Shown: positions 1 through 12,149 of the stretch, piece after piece
Position numbering within the stretch: position 1 is the first letter of the stretch
How the letters are laid out: every line of letters starts with the position of its first letter
NCBI GenBank assembly: GCA_030704615.1
Contig: CM060732.1
Span: 14,260,001-14,324,000, forward strand
Source of the DNA: Takakia lepidozioides
Lineage: Eukaryota; Plantae; Bryophyta
Length of the DNA stretch: 64,000 nt
Reading direction: 5' to 3'
Notes under the pieces: model-generated
Told to the model about the DNA's origin: nothing
What the model saw: the letters and a program-made list of their open reading frames with translations, nothing else
Database searches by the model: none
Program-made: the position numbers and the translations under genes

Positions 1-1570
1 TTGGATGCAGAGTCTATCTCACTACACTACCAAATTTGTTGCTAGTTCATTCCAGGCTGAACACCGTGTCCTTTGTACGGCGTGGAAGGATGCACCCACA
101 TTTGATGACGCGGAGGTTAAGTTTGCTATCATCGAGGCTTGGTGGAACACGTCAGGTGCAGTGGAGACAACCAATCTGGGAGCCTTGCACAGCTGGTTGG
201 GGTGGTGGCATTTCCGGTATCGACAGTTCGGATAGTACATGCGAGAGGTATGATGCTGTCATTTTCGTGCAATTGTCTTTCTATTACGGACCTTTCCATT
301 GGTCCCTCACCATTGTTTGTGTCCTTGTAGGAGCGTTGCTTGGAATCCGACATGGACATGCTGAACACGAATATGGCAGAATCAGTCCACTCCTCCTGGC
401 GAGCGTCTTCTGCCGCACATCTGGTGGACGTAGTGACGGCCACAACGGAGGACATCGACCGAGCAATCATGCAGCAAGCCACGTACTATAAGTTCATGAG
501 CGGGAAACAATGGGGCTTTGGGCCGGACAGGGAGGAATTGTTGGTACAAACAGCTTTGAGGTCGAAGAATCCACTGAAATGGGCGACAGCATTGCGAGAG
601 AAGATCAAAAGGACGCCTCTGCACCGCAGAGGTGAACACCTAGAGGGGGACGTCCGTACTCGCTCTGTGAGGCGGAGGATTGAAGAGGAACCCGGGTGCG
701 AAGAAGATTCCTGGAGATCGACAGGAACATTCGGACAGCACCTCAAGGTCCCGTCATGTTGCCGCACAATGTGTCTTCCAGCAGTGGAAGCCCAAGAAAT
801 TCCAGATCGCCATCGCCTTCAAACGGGGATTCCGTGCGAGAAATTCCCACCGCTCGCTTGCCCCAGATTCCGCCCGCTGTTATGCCTCCCTGCTCCTACT
901 TTTACAGGAAGATTTGTCCATGCAAAAGTTTGCGGAGGCGACAACCACCCAGTTTTGGTTCTGCAGGCACGACATACAAACAATGCCAGAGGCTCCCTCG
1001 GTGTGGCGGGTGGAACTTGGCTGCGATCTGAGTCAGGTTGAGGCCGACGCCCTTACCGCCGCAGGATTTTGGATGGTGCAGCGCACTGACGTCCCCAGAC
1101 AACCATTTCCACTTCCACAGCCTCCACCACCGACCCCTGTGAGAGCAAGAACAATGGGACACGACAGCTCTAAGCATCCTACACACCGTTGGGGGAAACC
1201 GAAGAGGCGGCGACCTCCCTCAAACGCGAACGAGACAATGATGGGGAATGCACTTCGGATGAACTGTACAATCCAGAGCTCGACAAAAGTGCCCCCACCA
1301 GGCTTCAGGCGTGTGTATCAGATGGCCACGGCAGGCTCAGCTGTTCGCAATGAGGTGTACACCATCACCATTTCAGAATTACCCACCTGCAATTGCACCG
1401 ACTTCCAGATCATGGCGAACAAGGGGGCATCATACTGCCCTTGCAAGCATCTGTACTACGTGTACCTAAAGAGACTCCGGTGTAATTCCACAACTCATCA
1501 CTTCATACATGCACCAGGGTTGAGCCCCCAAGAGGTGCGCACTCTTCTGAATATGGATCCAGGGGACTAG
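1..1570 (+). pseudogene. MULE/SWIM transposase 3' part (exon to 247, intron 248-330, exon 331-1570), degenerate
   Basis: TNMAESVH catalytic-Glu motif and C-terminal SWIM finger PTCNCTDF...CPCKHLYY. GT-AG intron at the same position as in other copies. Stop at 233-235, frameshifts, and internal deletions near 885 and 975 relative to copy 2. Confidence 0.88.
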
Positions 1571-2204
1571 TGAGCTTGGCTTGTGGTCCCCAACCATGGT
1601 ACGCCCATCCTTTTCGGAGTTTCAGTTGTAGTAGAACTGTACTGCTGCAAGTACCTCTGAGTCTGGCCACAGAAAGGTCGGACTTATGTCTTGCCTACCA
1701 GTAACCTGTTTTACTCAAACTAAGATAATACTATGTCATTCACTTCTGTTTCTACGTGCTTGTATTTTTGTTTGTTGGAGGGTTCCTATTTTTCTGCTTT
1801 GGTTCAATCGCGGCAGAAGGGTCAGCTTCATTCCAATGTTAAGGCATGTAAAACCGCGGAATACTCTATACAGGCCAGTATGCGACGTCATTTTGCCGTG
1901 GTATACTGGATTTCTCGTTGCACGGTCAATCATTTCCATGAGCAGATCTAAAAAACCATGAGCGGACTTGTTACTGATGACATATCTTCGCCACATTACA
2001 GGATGTGGAACTTCCAAAAACGGCAAGGTCAAATTAAAAAACTATTATTTTAATACTTGTTTAATCTGCCGCATTTCCAAATTTGGAGGAGTCCGCGCAT
2101 GAAATCCGCGTGTCTTAGACTTCGGCTCACCGCTCATGCGGCTCATGCGGCTCATGGCTCATGGCTCATGGCTCATGGTTTCTGCTCATGAAATAGTAAA
2201 CCTC
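1..2204 (+). mobile_element. MULE family B copy 1 (3' part, runs off the window start), ending in right TIR
   Basis: Transposase 3' half, then GGCTCAT-type heptamer repeats and terminal GCTCATGAAATAGTAAACCTC (ends 2204). The same terminus occurs in reverse at 4842. Confidence 0.9.
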
Positions 2205-2961
2205 GCCGTCGCCGTTTGCGACCCCCGACGATAAGCCCAAAAAAAACGCGTCATAGTTTGCGACACATGGGGGTCGCAGGCAGCGACGACAGGGCTTTCT
2301 AGGTTTAGGTTTAGGGCCTTTGGGGGTTTTTAGTTTTTATTTTTTTCATATGGTACTTGGGTAGGGTGTTTTTTTTTTTTTTATGGTTTAGCTTGTTGTT
2401 GTGGACCTTCTTGTAGATTGTGACGTTCATTTTGATAATTCTCTTGATACCACATATGTATGTGGTTCTCCAACATATTCATTGCCTCTGCCTTCTTTCT
2501 TGAAAGACTACCAGCCACAGCCATATTTGATCAATCATAGAAATAAGCTACAATATGCATGTACATGTACAATCAATCGAAGGGATGGGTACAGTTCGGT
2601 GCAAGAATTGTTATGTAGCTTTGATTTTGTGTCTCATCAACTTGAACATCATCATCCGGAGCTTTTTCATCCTCATCAAGCTGCAAGTCTTCTTGGTCAT
2701 CGAAGTCATCGTCATAAATGGTCCGGCCGTCAAAAGGCACCTCCGAATCATCCTTCATCTCGTTGTCAATGGCCGTGTCTTTGTCTCCTTCTCCATCATC
2801 CGTATCTTCTGGAGCTTCATCATATAGGGTCCGGGATGCATTGTCCAGGCCGTCATCATCCTCTTCTACCCCCTCTACCCAACCTCCATCATCAGCATCA
2901 TTATGACCGGTCTCTTCGTCCACCGCAATTGCCTCACCCCATGGAGATCCGAGACCATGAT

Positions 2962-3687
2962 TGTCGCGGCCCTTTGCCTTGAGGGCAGGGGGGTCGGGAC
3001 ACAGGAGGGGCTGCCCCTGTGGTGGGGGCAGTAGCAGCGATAGGTACGGGGGCTGAAGCACCCTTGAGTGCCCAAGGCACTCAAGGAGGCGGAGGCGCTC
3101 ACTAGGTGGAGCCCCGCACACCGGGTTGCGGTGGGGGTGGCTCCACAAGGGGTGGTGGTAGCTTAGCGGGACTTAGTGGGGGTGGCATAGAACTCACCAT
3201 GGGGTGGAGACCTCGAGGTGGGAGTCGTGGGGAGTCTTGGGACTCATCACAGTCCATTGGGGCCGCGGCGAGTGGGCCAAGACTCACCGCGACTCACCAC
3301 CGAGAATCGAGGGTCTTCGTGGTGGTTCACCATAAAATGGCATGGCTGTTTGTGGAACCCCCGCGGACAGCTACAGAAGTATATATAGGGAGTAGTAACC
3401 CCGAGAACGGTGCAAGCCCGTTGGTGACCAAAAACTAGTGAATAAGCGAGCGAGCCGGAAAGCGACCAAAAAGCGGGGAGCTGTTCCAGACTGCCAACTA
3501 CCAAAGGGAATTCCCGCTGGTTCCAAATCGGTGGAGGGTTCTTCGGGAGAACAAAGGGGGACCGTTATGCCCCGGTGAGCAGCCGAAGCTCCAAGTTGGC
3601 CCGGCGGCCAGGTTGGGAGTTAGGTGCGCGCATCAAAGCGAGTATCTATGACTTGAGGGGGAGCTTACCGAAGTGAGGTGTGCGACA
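2962..3687 (+). repeat. 5' LTR of an LTR retrotransposon
   Basis: Starts TGTCGC and ends GCGACA (inverted termini). Immediately followed by a PBS and gag. Confidence 0.75.
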
Positions 3688-3689
3688 CT

Positions 3690-3701
3690 TGGTATCAGAG
3701 C
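3690..3701 (+). promoter_or_regulatory. Primer-binding site complementary to tRNA-iMet
   Basis: TGGTATCAGAGC two bases after the LTR end, the canonical plant iMet PBS. Confidence 0.85.
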
Positions 3702-3742
3702 TTAGAGTTCAGTACGCGATCGTCCTTGGGATTGGCCTCATC

Positions 3743-4489
3743 ATGGGGTCGGGCAAGCCAAAGCGAAAGCGGAACGGCCCAAAAGATGATGACCCTGGTG
3801 AGCCCGATGGGGGCGACGTGTCACCGAGGCGGCCGTTTGAGGAAGCGATGCATGCTTCTGAAAATGAGGCCGCGCAAGAGTGGGAGGAATCTGAGGAGTC
3901 GGAGCCCGAGGAATCCTTGAGAGCTCCGACAAACCAACAGATGCCTCCCATGCCGGCAGCCTTTTGGGAAGGGTTGCTGGCGCAGTTTGGCGGGACATTG
4001 AAAGACGTGTTGAAGGCGGCTAATGCCACTTCCACTAAGGCGAAGTTTAAGGTGAAGCCTAAGGAACCCGGCACCTTCGAGGGCATCCGAAATCGGAAGG
4101 CACTCAACACCTGGCTCCTGGAGCTAGAGCAGTACTTCCGGGCGGCCAAGTTGAGTGACGAGGATCGGGTGGAAGTGGCTCCCACCTATTTGAGGGGCTA
4201 TGCTCAACAATGGTGGCAGAAACGCCTTCACGACCGAGGTCCAAGCCCGGAAACCTTGAACTGGAGTGGGTTCAAGGAATTGATGAAGAGACAGTTTGTG
4301 CCCCTCAACGTGTCCTGGATCGCCCGGGACAAGATGAGGAATTTGAAGCAAACAGATGACATTGGGGATATGTCCAGGTTTTTAATGTGCTGTTGCTCGA
4401 AGTCGCGGATATGGCAGAACCAGAAATGGTCTTCAACTTTGTGGCGGGACTGGCCCCATGGGCCAGGCGGAAGTTGGAGGAGAAGCCAC
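3743..4489 (+). pseudogene. Ty3/gypsy-type gag, truncated
   Basis: KEPGTFEG...WLLELEQYF...YLRGYAQQWW...NWSGFKELMKRQF...RNLKQT matches the retrotransposon-gag pattern. Frameshift near 4370; cut at about 4490 by MULE sequence. Confidence 0.8.
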
Positions 4490-4841
4490 CGTGCGGTGTT
4501 CGATGGCTCCCAATTCCTACGCTATAGTGTGTTGTCCTCCGCAACTTGGGAGAGCCTGAATCCCAAATGAGGGAGGACTTTGCAGAGTGACGGAGACTTA
4601 CCTTTGTTCCAAATTTAAGCTCAAACCGGGCACAGTGTATTTGGAAGAAGAAAGGAATGATGTCCCTGGACAGGTTGATGAGACCATTGTCGTGCTACAT
4701 GCCGACAGAGGTTGCGGAATCGAGTGGCACGTACCCCCATCAGAAACCATTTTGTATCGCACTGTGGGAATGCCCATTCCCAAATCAGTCGCTGCCCACA
4801 CCATCCACAAAGGAGTCGAGAACCGACAGGCAGCCACTGCC
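4490..4841 (+). mobile_element. Fragment of family B transposase 5' region, interrupted by copy 2
   Basis: Near-identical to the reverse complement of about 8999-9357 (ETYLCSKFKLKPGTVYLEEERND...). Ends exactly at the TIR at 4842. Confidence 0.85.
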
Positions 4842-7800
4842 GAGGTTTACTATTTCATGAGCAGAAACCATGAGCCATGAGCCATGAGCCGCATGAGCCG
4901 CATGAGCGGTGAGCCGAAGTCTAAGACACGCGGATTTCATGAGCGGACTCCTCCAAATTTGGAAATGCGGCAGATTAAACAAGTATTAAAATAATAGTTT
5001 TTTTATTTGACCTTGCCGTTTTTGGAAGTTCCACATCCTGTAATGCGGCGAAGATATGTCGTCAGTAACAAGTCCGCTCATGGTTTTTTAGATCCGCTCA
5101 TGGAAATGATTGACCGTGCAACGAGAAATCCAGTATACCACGGCAAAAGGACGTCGCATACTGACATGTATAGAGTATTCCGCGGTTTTACATGCCTTAA
5201 CATTGGAATGAAGCTGACCCTTCTGCCGCGATTGAACCAATAGAGTCTGCACCAATAAAGTCTGCAGTACTTCACAATTCCGTCATTTTCGGGTATTCGG
5301 CGGGAAAGATTTGCGACTCAACTGGGAAATGCGGTGCCGCATTAGGGCTCGCACGTGCGAAATTTCTGGGGAGTTTGGTGTTGGCGACGGTCGGCTCCTT
5401 GAAGGCTGGGTGAGACTATCTTGCTATGACGAAGGCCGCATCTACCAGTACCTACGACGTTACTTGGAAATGCGGCGCCGCATTTCCTTGCCGGGGGTCG
5501 AATGAGGAAAGCAAAGTTTGGGAGAGCAGAAAAACAGCAACCCTCCAACAAAAAAAAATACATGCACGTGGAAACAGAAGTGAATGACATAGTATTATCT
5601 TAGTTCAAGCAAAACAGGTTACTGGTAGGCAAGGCATAAGTCCGACCTTTCTATGGCCAGACTCAGAGGTACTTGCAGCAGTACAGTTCTACTACAACTG
5701 AAACTCCGAAAAGGATGGGCGTACCATTGTGTTGGGACCGCAAGCCAAGCTCACTGGTCCCTTGGATCCATATTCAGAAGAGTGTGCACCTCTTGGGGGC
5801 TCAACCCTGGTGCATGTATGAAGTGATGAGTTGTGGAATTACATCGGAGTCTCTTTAGGTACACGTAGTACAGATGCTTGCAATGGCAGTATGATGCCCC
5901 CTTGTTCGCCATGATCTGGAAGTCGGTGCAATTGCAGGTGGGTAATTCTGAAATGGTGATGGTGTATACCTCATTGCGAACAGCTGAGCCTCCCGTGGCC
6001 ATCTGATACACACGCCCAAAGCCTGGTGGGGGCACTTCTGTCGAGCTCTGGATTGTACAGTTCATCCGAAGTGCATTCCCCATCCTTGTCTCGTTCACTT
6101 TTGAGGGAGGTCGCCGCCTCTTCGGTTTCCCCCAATGGTGTGTAGGATGCTTAGAGCTGTCGTGTCCCATTGTTCTTGCTCTCACAGGGGTCGGTGGTGG
6201 AGGCTGTGGAAACGGAAATGGTTGTCTGGGGACGTCAGTGCGCTGCACCATCCGAAATCCTGTGGCGGTAAGGGCGTCGGCCTCAACCTGGCTCAGATCG
6301 CAGCCTGGTTCCACCGGCCACACCGGGGGAGCCTCTAGCATTGTTTGTATGCCGTACTTGGGCTTTCCATACACGCAAGTCATAATGTTGTGCCTGCAGA
6401 ACCAGAACTGGGTGGTTGTCGCCTCCGCAAACTTTGCATGGACAAATCTTCTTGTAATAGTAGGAGCAGGGACAGCCCCATCTGGATTCCTCCTTATCAT
6501 CTCTAAACAACGTTGCCATGTATCCACTCAAATTGCGGAACACCTGCCTCGAAACGACGGCTTTGTGCGAGCAATTCTCCACTGTGATGCAGACACAGTC
6601 GTCTCCACAATGGCTTGGCCATACTGCATAACAGCGGGCGGAATCTGGGGCAAGCGAGCGGTGGGAATTTCTTGCACATACTCCCCGCTTGAAGGCAATG
6701 GCGATCTGGAATTTTTTTGGGCTTCCATTGCTGGAAGACACATTGTGCGGCAACATGACGGGACCTTGAGGTGCTATCCGAATGTTCCTATCGGATCTCC
6801 AGGAATCCTCTTCGCACCCGGGTTCCTCTTCAATCCTCTGCCTCACAGGGCAAGTAAGGACATCCCCCTCTAGGTATTCACCTCTGCGGTGCAGATGCGT
6901 CCCTTTGATCTTCTCTCGCAATGCTGTCGCCCATTTCAGTGGATTCTTCGACCTCGAAGCTGTTCGAACCAACAATTCCTCCCTGTCCGGCCCAAAGCCC
7001 CATTGTTTCCCGCTCAGGAACTTGTAGTACGTGGCTTGCTGCATGATTGCTCGGTCGATGTCCTCCGTTGTGGCCGTCACTACGTCCACCAGATGTGCGG
7101 CAGAAGACGCTCGCCAGGAGGAGTGCACTGATTCTGCCATATTCGTGTTCGGCATGTCCGTGTCGGAATCCAAGCAACGCTCCTACAAGGACACAAACAA
7201 TGGTGAGGGACCAATGGAAAGGTCCGTAATAGAAAGAAAATGACAGCATCATACCTCTTGCATGTACTGTCCAAACTGTCGATAACGGAAATGCCACCAC
7301 CCCAACCAGCTGTGCAAGGCTCCCAGATTGGTTGTCTCCACTGCACCTAACGTGTTCCACCAAGCCTCGATGATAGCAAACTTAACCTCCGCGTCATCAA
7401 ATGTGGGTGCATCCTTCCACGCCGTACAAAGGACACGGTGTTCAGCCTGGAATGAGCTAGCAACAAATTTGGTAGTGTAGTGAGATAGACTCTGCATCCA
7501 ATGGAATCCACAGGATCTCTCTTTCCCCTCCATTGGAACATTGGGGTCCTCACCATACACACGCCGCACCGCTGCCCAGTTGGCCTGAGCGTTGTCTGCC
7601 ATGAATCCCCTGAAATTGGGCTCTGGCAATCCCGCCCTTGCCATCTCCTCGTTTATGCCCTCCCACAAATGCATCTCCGACTGTGTGTCCTCCCCTTTCA
7701 TCTCGCAGATTGCAATCGTCATGAGTCTCTTGGAGTGATAGTCATAAACATGCGCACCCATAGTCACCCACTGATGGTTTGTAATTCGCTTGATGTGATC

Positions 7801-9696
7801 AAACATCACCCAAGCATTTGACAAGTTTCCAGTTGTCATGCGAGTGACCAAGTCGACTCCACTCCCAGGCCCACACGTCGACATTTTAAAAATGTAACAA
7901 CGATCGGATTCGCTGCCTTGCCCTGGAAACCTGCTACCTTGGATGTAGTGATATCCAGTCATTCGTTTCACCTCCAGGATTGAGTGCATGTCCGACCCCC
8001 GGCCGAACTCCTGCTTGCAAGATACGATGTGATTCCCCACATTCGGACTACAAACGTGCGAGACGGACTCCAACAGGTCAAGCATCTCCTCTTCGTTCAA
8101 GGGCACTCGGTCTGAACCATCTTCAGACATGATTTTGCCAAGAGCAATCTTTTGGGCTGCCTTCACCTGAATCTGCTTTGGTCTGGCTCCGGGGCTCAAT
8201 TTCACCTCCTCTTTTATGATGTCGTGTGCTTCCTGCACAGCCTCACGCATGTTGCCTCTTGCCAAGGGGTGGCAGTGGACCCCAACGTGTATGCAAGCTC
8301 TAGTCAAGTCCGGGAGCAAATGGATAACGTAATATTGCTTGGCTCTGCACATGGACATGCACGTCGGTGGTTCTTTGCAATGTGCGCTCTTGAAAGTACC
8401 CGCAGGAGCTTGGCTGGAGACAATGAATGGATGATGCGTTGAGCCAGTCCAATCCATCTCATTTCTCCGCCCTCCTTTGGAGAGAAAGTGGAAGCAGGCG
8501 GGATTGAGGCACCTCAGCTTCCCCGCACTGAGGACGTATCGTACACGAACACCATCAGCAATTTTTGTGCTACTGGTCTTCACACACCAGGGGTTTCTGT
8601 CATGCTTTCGATCCATGTCTGTTAACATCCCTGAGGCTTTGTTTGAGGAAGTAACAGGTGGAAACTCGTAGATGACATTGCCATCGACTTCGGGAGGCAG
8701 ATACGTTACCTTCCTAACTGGAAATTTGGCATAGTCGAGAGCAGCCAGCTCGGAGCGAGAACCATCGAGGTGATGTTCCGTAGGAGCTGCACAATGGACC
8801 GGGTTGGAGTTATGGTCAAGGGTACATGTGTAGCACCTGCAGAGACGTCCATGTCGGATTTGAACGACCGTGTGGAGGACATGGGGACCTCAATGCACTC
8901 ATCTTCCTTGTCGGAAATGTCAAATACGTTCACACGAGAAGCTATGGAGGGTCTTGACGGTCCAGGTCGGGAATGATTATCGTTGCATACCTCTCTGTTG
9001 GCAGTGGCCGCCTGTCGGTTTCCAGACTCCTTTGTGGATGGTGTGGGCAGCGACTGATTCGGAAAGGGAATGGGCATTCCCACAGCTCGGTACAGGATGG
9101 TGTCTGATGGGGGTACGTGCCATTCGATTCCGCAACCTCCGTCGTTACCTAGCACACGACAATGGTTCTCGTCAACCTGTCCAGGAACATCCTTCCTTTC
9201 TTCTTCCCAATAAACTGTGCCGGTTTGAGCTTGAATTGGAACAAAGGTAAGTTTCAGTCACTCTGCAAAGTCCTCCCTCGTTTGGGATCCAGGCTCTCCC
9301 AAGTTGCGGAGGACAGCAAACTATAGCGTAGGAATTCGGAGCCATCGAAGACCGCACGAAGTTGGCAAGTGCGAGGTTCAGTATAGCAACAGACCAAGGC
9401 TCACAGACACCATATAAGTGGATCTGCGGAGTCCATCGACGATTGGAAGTCGCACATTGAAGTGGAAAGTATTGTTTCAAGCTACATGCATGAAGGTGGG
9501 AGGTGTGATTCCATAGCCAGTAAGTATGACAATGATGGCCGATTCGGCGACGAAATAACATCTCCTGACAGTTTCTCCTGAGGGTGGATCCAGCAGTAGT
9601 CTCGGTGCAGACATGAACGTTCGCACTGATAAGTGCCAGGACTGTTAGTTAAAAAGGTCAGACAACCAAGTTGTGCTCATCAAGACAGGCCGCAAT
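4842..9696 (-). mobile_element. MULE family B copy 2 (reverse orientation), truncated by a family A end
   Basis: Begins GAGGTTTACTATTTCATGAGC plus CATGAGC repeats, is an inverted copy of 1-2204, and contains the transposase. Confidence 0.9.
5751..9290 (-). pseudogene. MULE/SWIM transposase of family B copy 2 (intron about 7185-7254), frameshifted
   Basis: ORF 7249-8628 has a Cys/His-rich GCM/WRKY-like region, VMFDHIKR (D1), FMADNA (D2) and CGFH (CxxH). Exon 2 has NMAESVH (E) and a SWIM finger. Frameshifts near 6720 and 9050-9240. Confidence 0.88.
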
Positions 9697-10533
9697 GAGG
9701 TTTGCTATTTCATGAGCATGAGCGGCATGAGCGGCATGAGCGGCATGAGCAGAGTAGTAACACAATCGGTTTTCATGAGCAGAAGTACAAATTTCGAAAA
9801 TAAAAAACAATAAAAAACAATTAAAAAAAACAATAAAAAACAATAATTTAATGCAATGTGTCAGAAAAAACAAATATATTATTCGGGCCCTTGAAGGGAA
9901 ATTGCACTTTTGACAGTTGTGCTCATGATATTTTGTCTTCCGCTCATGCCAATTCCTAGCGACATGTGCAAATATGGCGCCGAATTTCGCGGTAATAGGG
10001 TCCGTAACCTGAAAAACCGCGACGTATTTCGCGGCAATAGGTCTCTCTGGCGAAAAATGGTGCCGAATTCCGCGGCTATAGGTCCCCTCATGACAGGTAA
10101 TTCGGCGCCATTTTTCCAGTGCATGTTCGACTTAGCCAGTTTTCGGCCCAAAAAAGAGAAATTCGGCGCCATTTTTTCCAGACACGTACCAGTGCATGTT
10201 GGGACTTAGCCAGTTTTCGGCCCCAAAAAGAGAAATTCGGCGCCATTTTCCCAAACACAGGTACCAGTGCATGTTGGGACTTAGCGAGTTTTCGGGCCCC
10301 AAAAAGCAGAAATTCGGCGCCATTTTTCCAGAAATGGCCCCAGAACTGCTTCTGTTGGATCTCAGTTTGAATGGAATATTGCCTCATTCCAGGAGTTTTG
10401 GGTGCATTTCATTACACTGCAAAAAAAAAGTCTGATAACAGCAAAATGCATTGAAAATATCCATATGGAGGTTCCGTTTGCCCCATCAATGATTTCTGGA
10501 TCCGAAGAAGGAGTTTTGTGCAGCTCGTCCACG
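9697..10533 (-). mobile_element. Right end of MULE family A (reverse orientation), reaching the contig end
   Basis: GAGGTTTGCTATTTCATGAGC at 9697. Reverse complement of about 56900-57851, including the ~74-bp subterminal repeats. Confidence 0.88.
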
Positions 10534-10733
10534 CCGGTCGCTTTAACCATCTCGGCCCGTCATCCTCTCCCTTCAGGATAAAAGATAAGTAACTTCGACT
10601 TTCTTAGCAAAATCACACGGACTCTGGTTTTAGAAATCGGTCAATCCACGCGTGTTAACCTTGGTTTTTCCAACGGACTAATCGAAAGAGTGGATGCCTG
10701 TACCGTTGGTATATATTATCATTATGACTTGTC

Positions 10734-10787
10734 AGCATCCTACGGATTTGAACCTGTGCCCTTCAACTTAGAGGTTTGTTGCTCTTC
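10734..10787 (-). tRNA. Degenerate 3' part of a tRNA-Arg(UCU)-like sequence of organellar type, cut by the gap
   Basis: Minus strand GAAGAGCAACAAACCTCTAAGTTGAAGGGCACAGGTTCAAATCCGTAGGATGC shows a CAAC/GTTG anticodon stem around TCT and a GGTTCAAATCC T-loop. It resembles plant mitochondrial trnR-UCU as recalled from memory. Confidence 0.5.
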
Positions 10788-11287
10788 NNNNNNNNNNNNN
10801 NNNNNNNNNNNNNNNNNNNNNNNNNNNNNNNNNNNNNNNNNNNNNNNNNNNNNNNNNNNNNNNNNNNNNNNNNNNNNNNNNNNNNNNNNNNNNNNNNNNN
10901 NNNNNNNNNNNNNNNNNNNNNNNNNNNNNNNNNNNNNNNNNNNNNNNNNNNNNNNNNNNNNNNNNNNNNNNNNNNNNNNNNNNNNNNNNNNNNNNNNNNN
11001 NNNNNNNNNNNNNNNNNNNNNNNNNNNNNNNNNNNNNNNNNNNNNNNNNNNNNNNNNNNNNNNNNNNNNNNNNNNNNNNNNNNNNNNNNNNNNNNNNNNN
11101 NNNNNNNNNNNNNNNNNNNNNNNNNNNNNNNNNNNNNNNNNNNNNNNNNNNNNNNNNNNNNNNNNNNNNNNNNNNNNNNNNNNNNNNNNNNNNNNNNNNN
11201 NNNNNNNNNNNNNNNNNNNNNNNNNNNNNNNNNNNNNNNNNNNNNNNNNNNNNNNNNNNNNNNNNNNNNNNNNNNNNNNNNNNNNNN
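10788..11287. other. Assembly gap (500 N)
   Basis: Run of N. Adjacency across the gap is not established. Confidence 1.
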
Positions 11288-12149
11288 TCTCCTCGCTGTC
11301 AGTCCTCCCTCCACCAACCAAAGGTTGAAGTTTGCCCCCATCGCTCCAAGTGGGCGGTTCAAACATGCGATGAGTTGCAGCAGTCTATGATACCCCAAAA
11401 AGCGTGCCGGTCTTTCATTCCCAAAATCGTGAGAACCAACATCGTGCCAAAACCAGCATCGCAACCACCATATAGCAAAATCGTGTAACAAAAATGAAAA
11501 CATAACAAGTTTAGGAAGTATGGAGAGCCATGCAACAACAATAAAAAAATGCAACCATTGCCTGAGAATGACATGCACAAGCAACCTTCTCCAGAGCTGC
11601 CGGATTTGCAACGCATTGCAAACAATCTAAGGTCACTCACTATCTAAGGTTCACTCATCCAGTCGAACCAGGATGAAGATGCAAAAACAAAGCGAGGCAA
11701 CAAAGCGAAAGCGAAAGCGAAATCGAAATCGAACAAAGCGAAAGCAGAAGTGACTTGCTGAGAATACTCGGCTTAGTTGGCGCGGGTTGTGAGGAAGAAA
11801 CTGGAATCTCCTGCTGGAGCTTCAGTTTGGCCATGCGAGAGATTGGCCGTCGTCCGTAGTACAGAGCTTTCATCAACTTCCGCCGCGGTCTGGATGTGAG
11901 GTCCTCTCTCAGGAGAGCCACGTCCTTGTCAGCGGCATAAGTCCCAGCCAAAATGGCAAAAGATCTCCGTTTTTGGGGTACATGCCTCGAATAGCATGTT
12001 AAGCCAAGAAAGCAATCAGATTTAGGGTACGTATCCAGGAAGCCATGTGTCGCCCAGCCCTAATGAAAACGGACGGCGGTGGACATTTATTGCCGCAACG
12101 CGCAATTAATGTCGGAGTAAGCCTCCATGTCGGATGAAAAACGACTGAA

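Noticed and set aside
2299-2315. TTTAGG(G) telomere-like motif
   Set aside because: Only two to three imperfect units, too short to call an interstitial telomere.
2573-3148. Acidic minus-strand ORF
   Set aside because: Chimeric between the LTR (from 2962) and a low-complexity acidic remnant; no family can be assigned.
1-7510. One giant inverted repeat (1-2204 versus 4842-7510) as a single foldback element
   Set aside because: These are two separate family B copies in opposite orientation, with TIRs facing inward and independent deletions.
10690-11611. ORFs spanning the N run
   Set aside because: Artefacts of the assembly gap.
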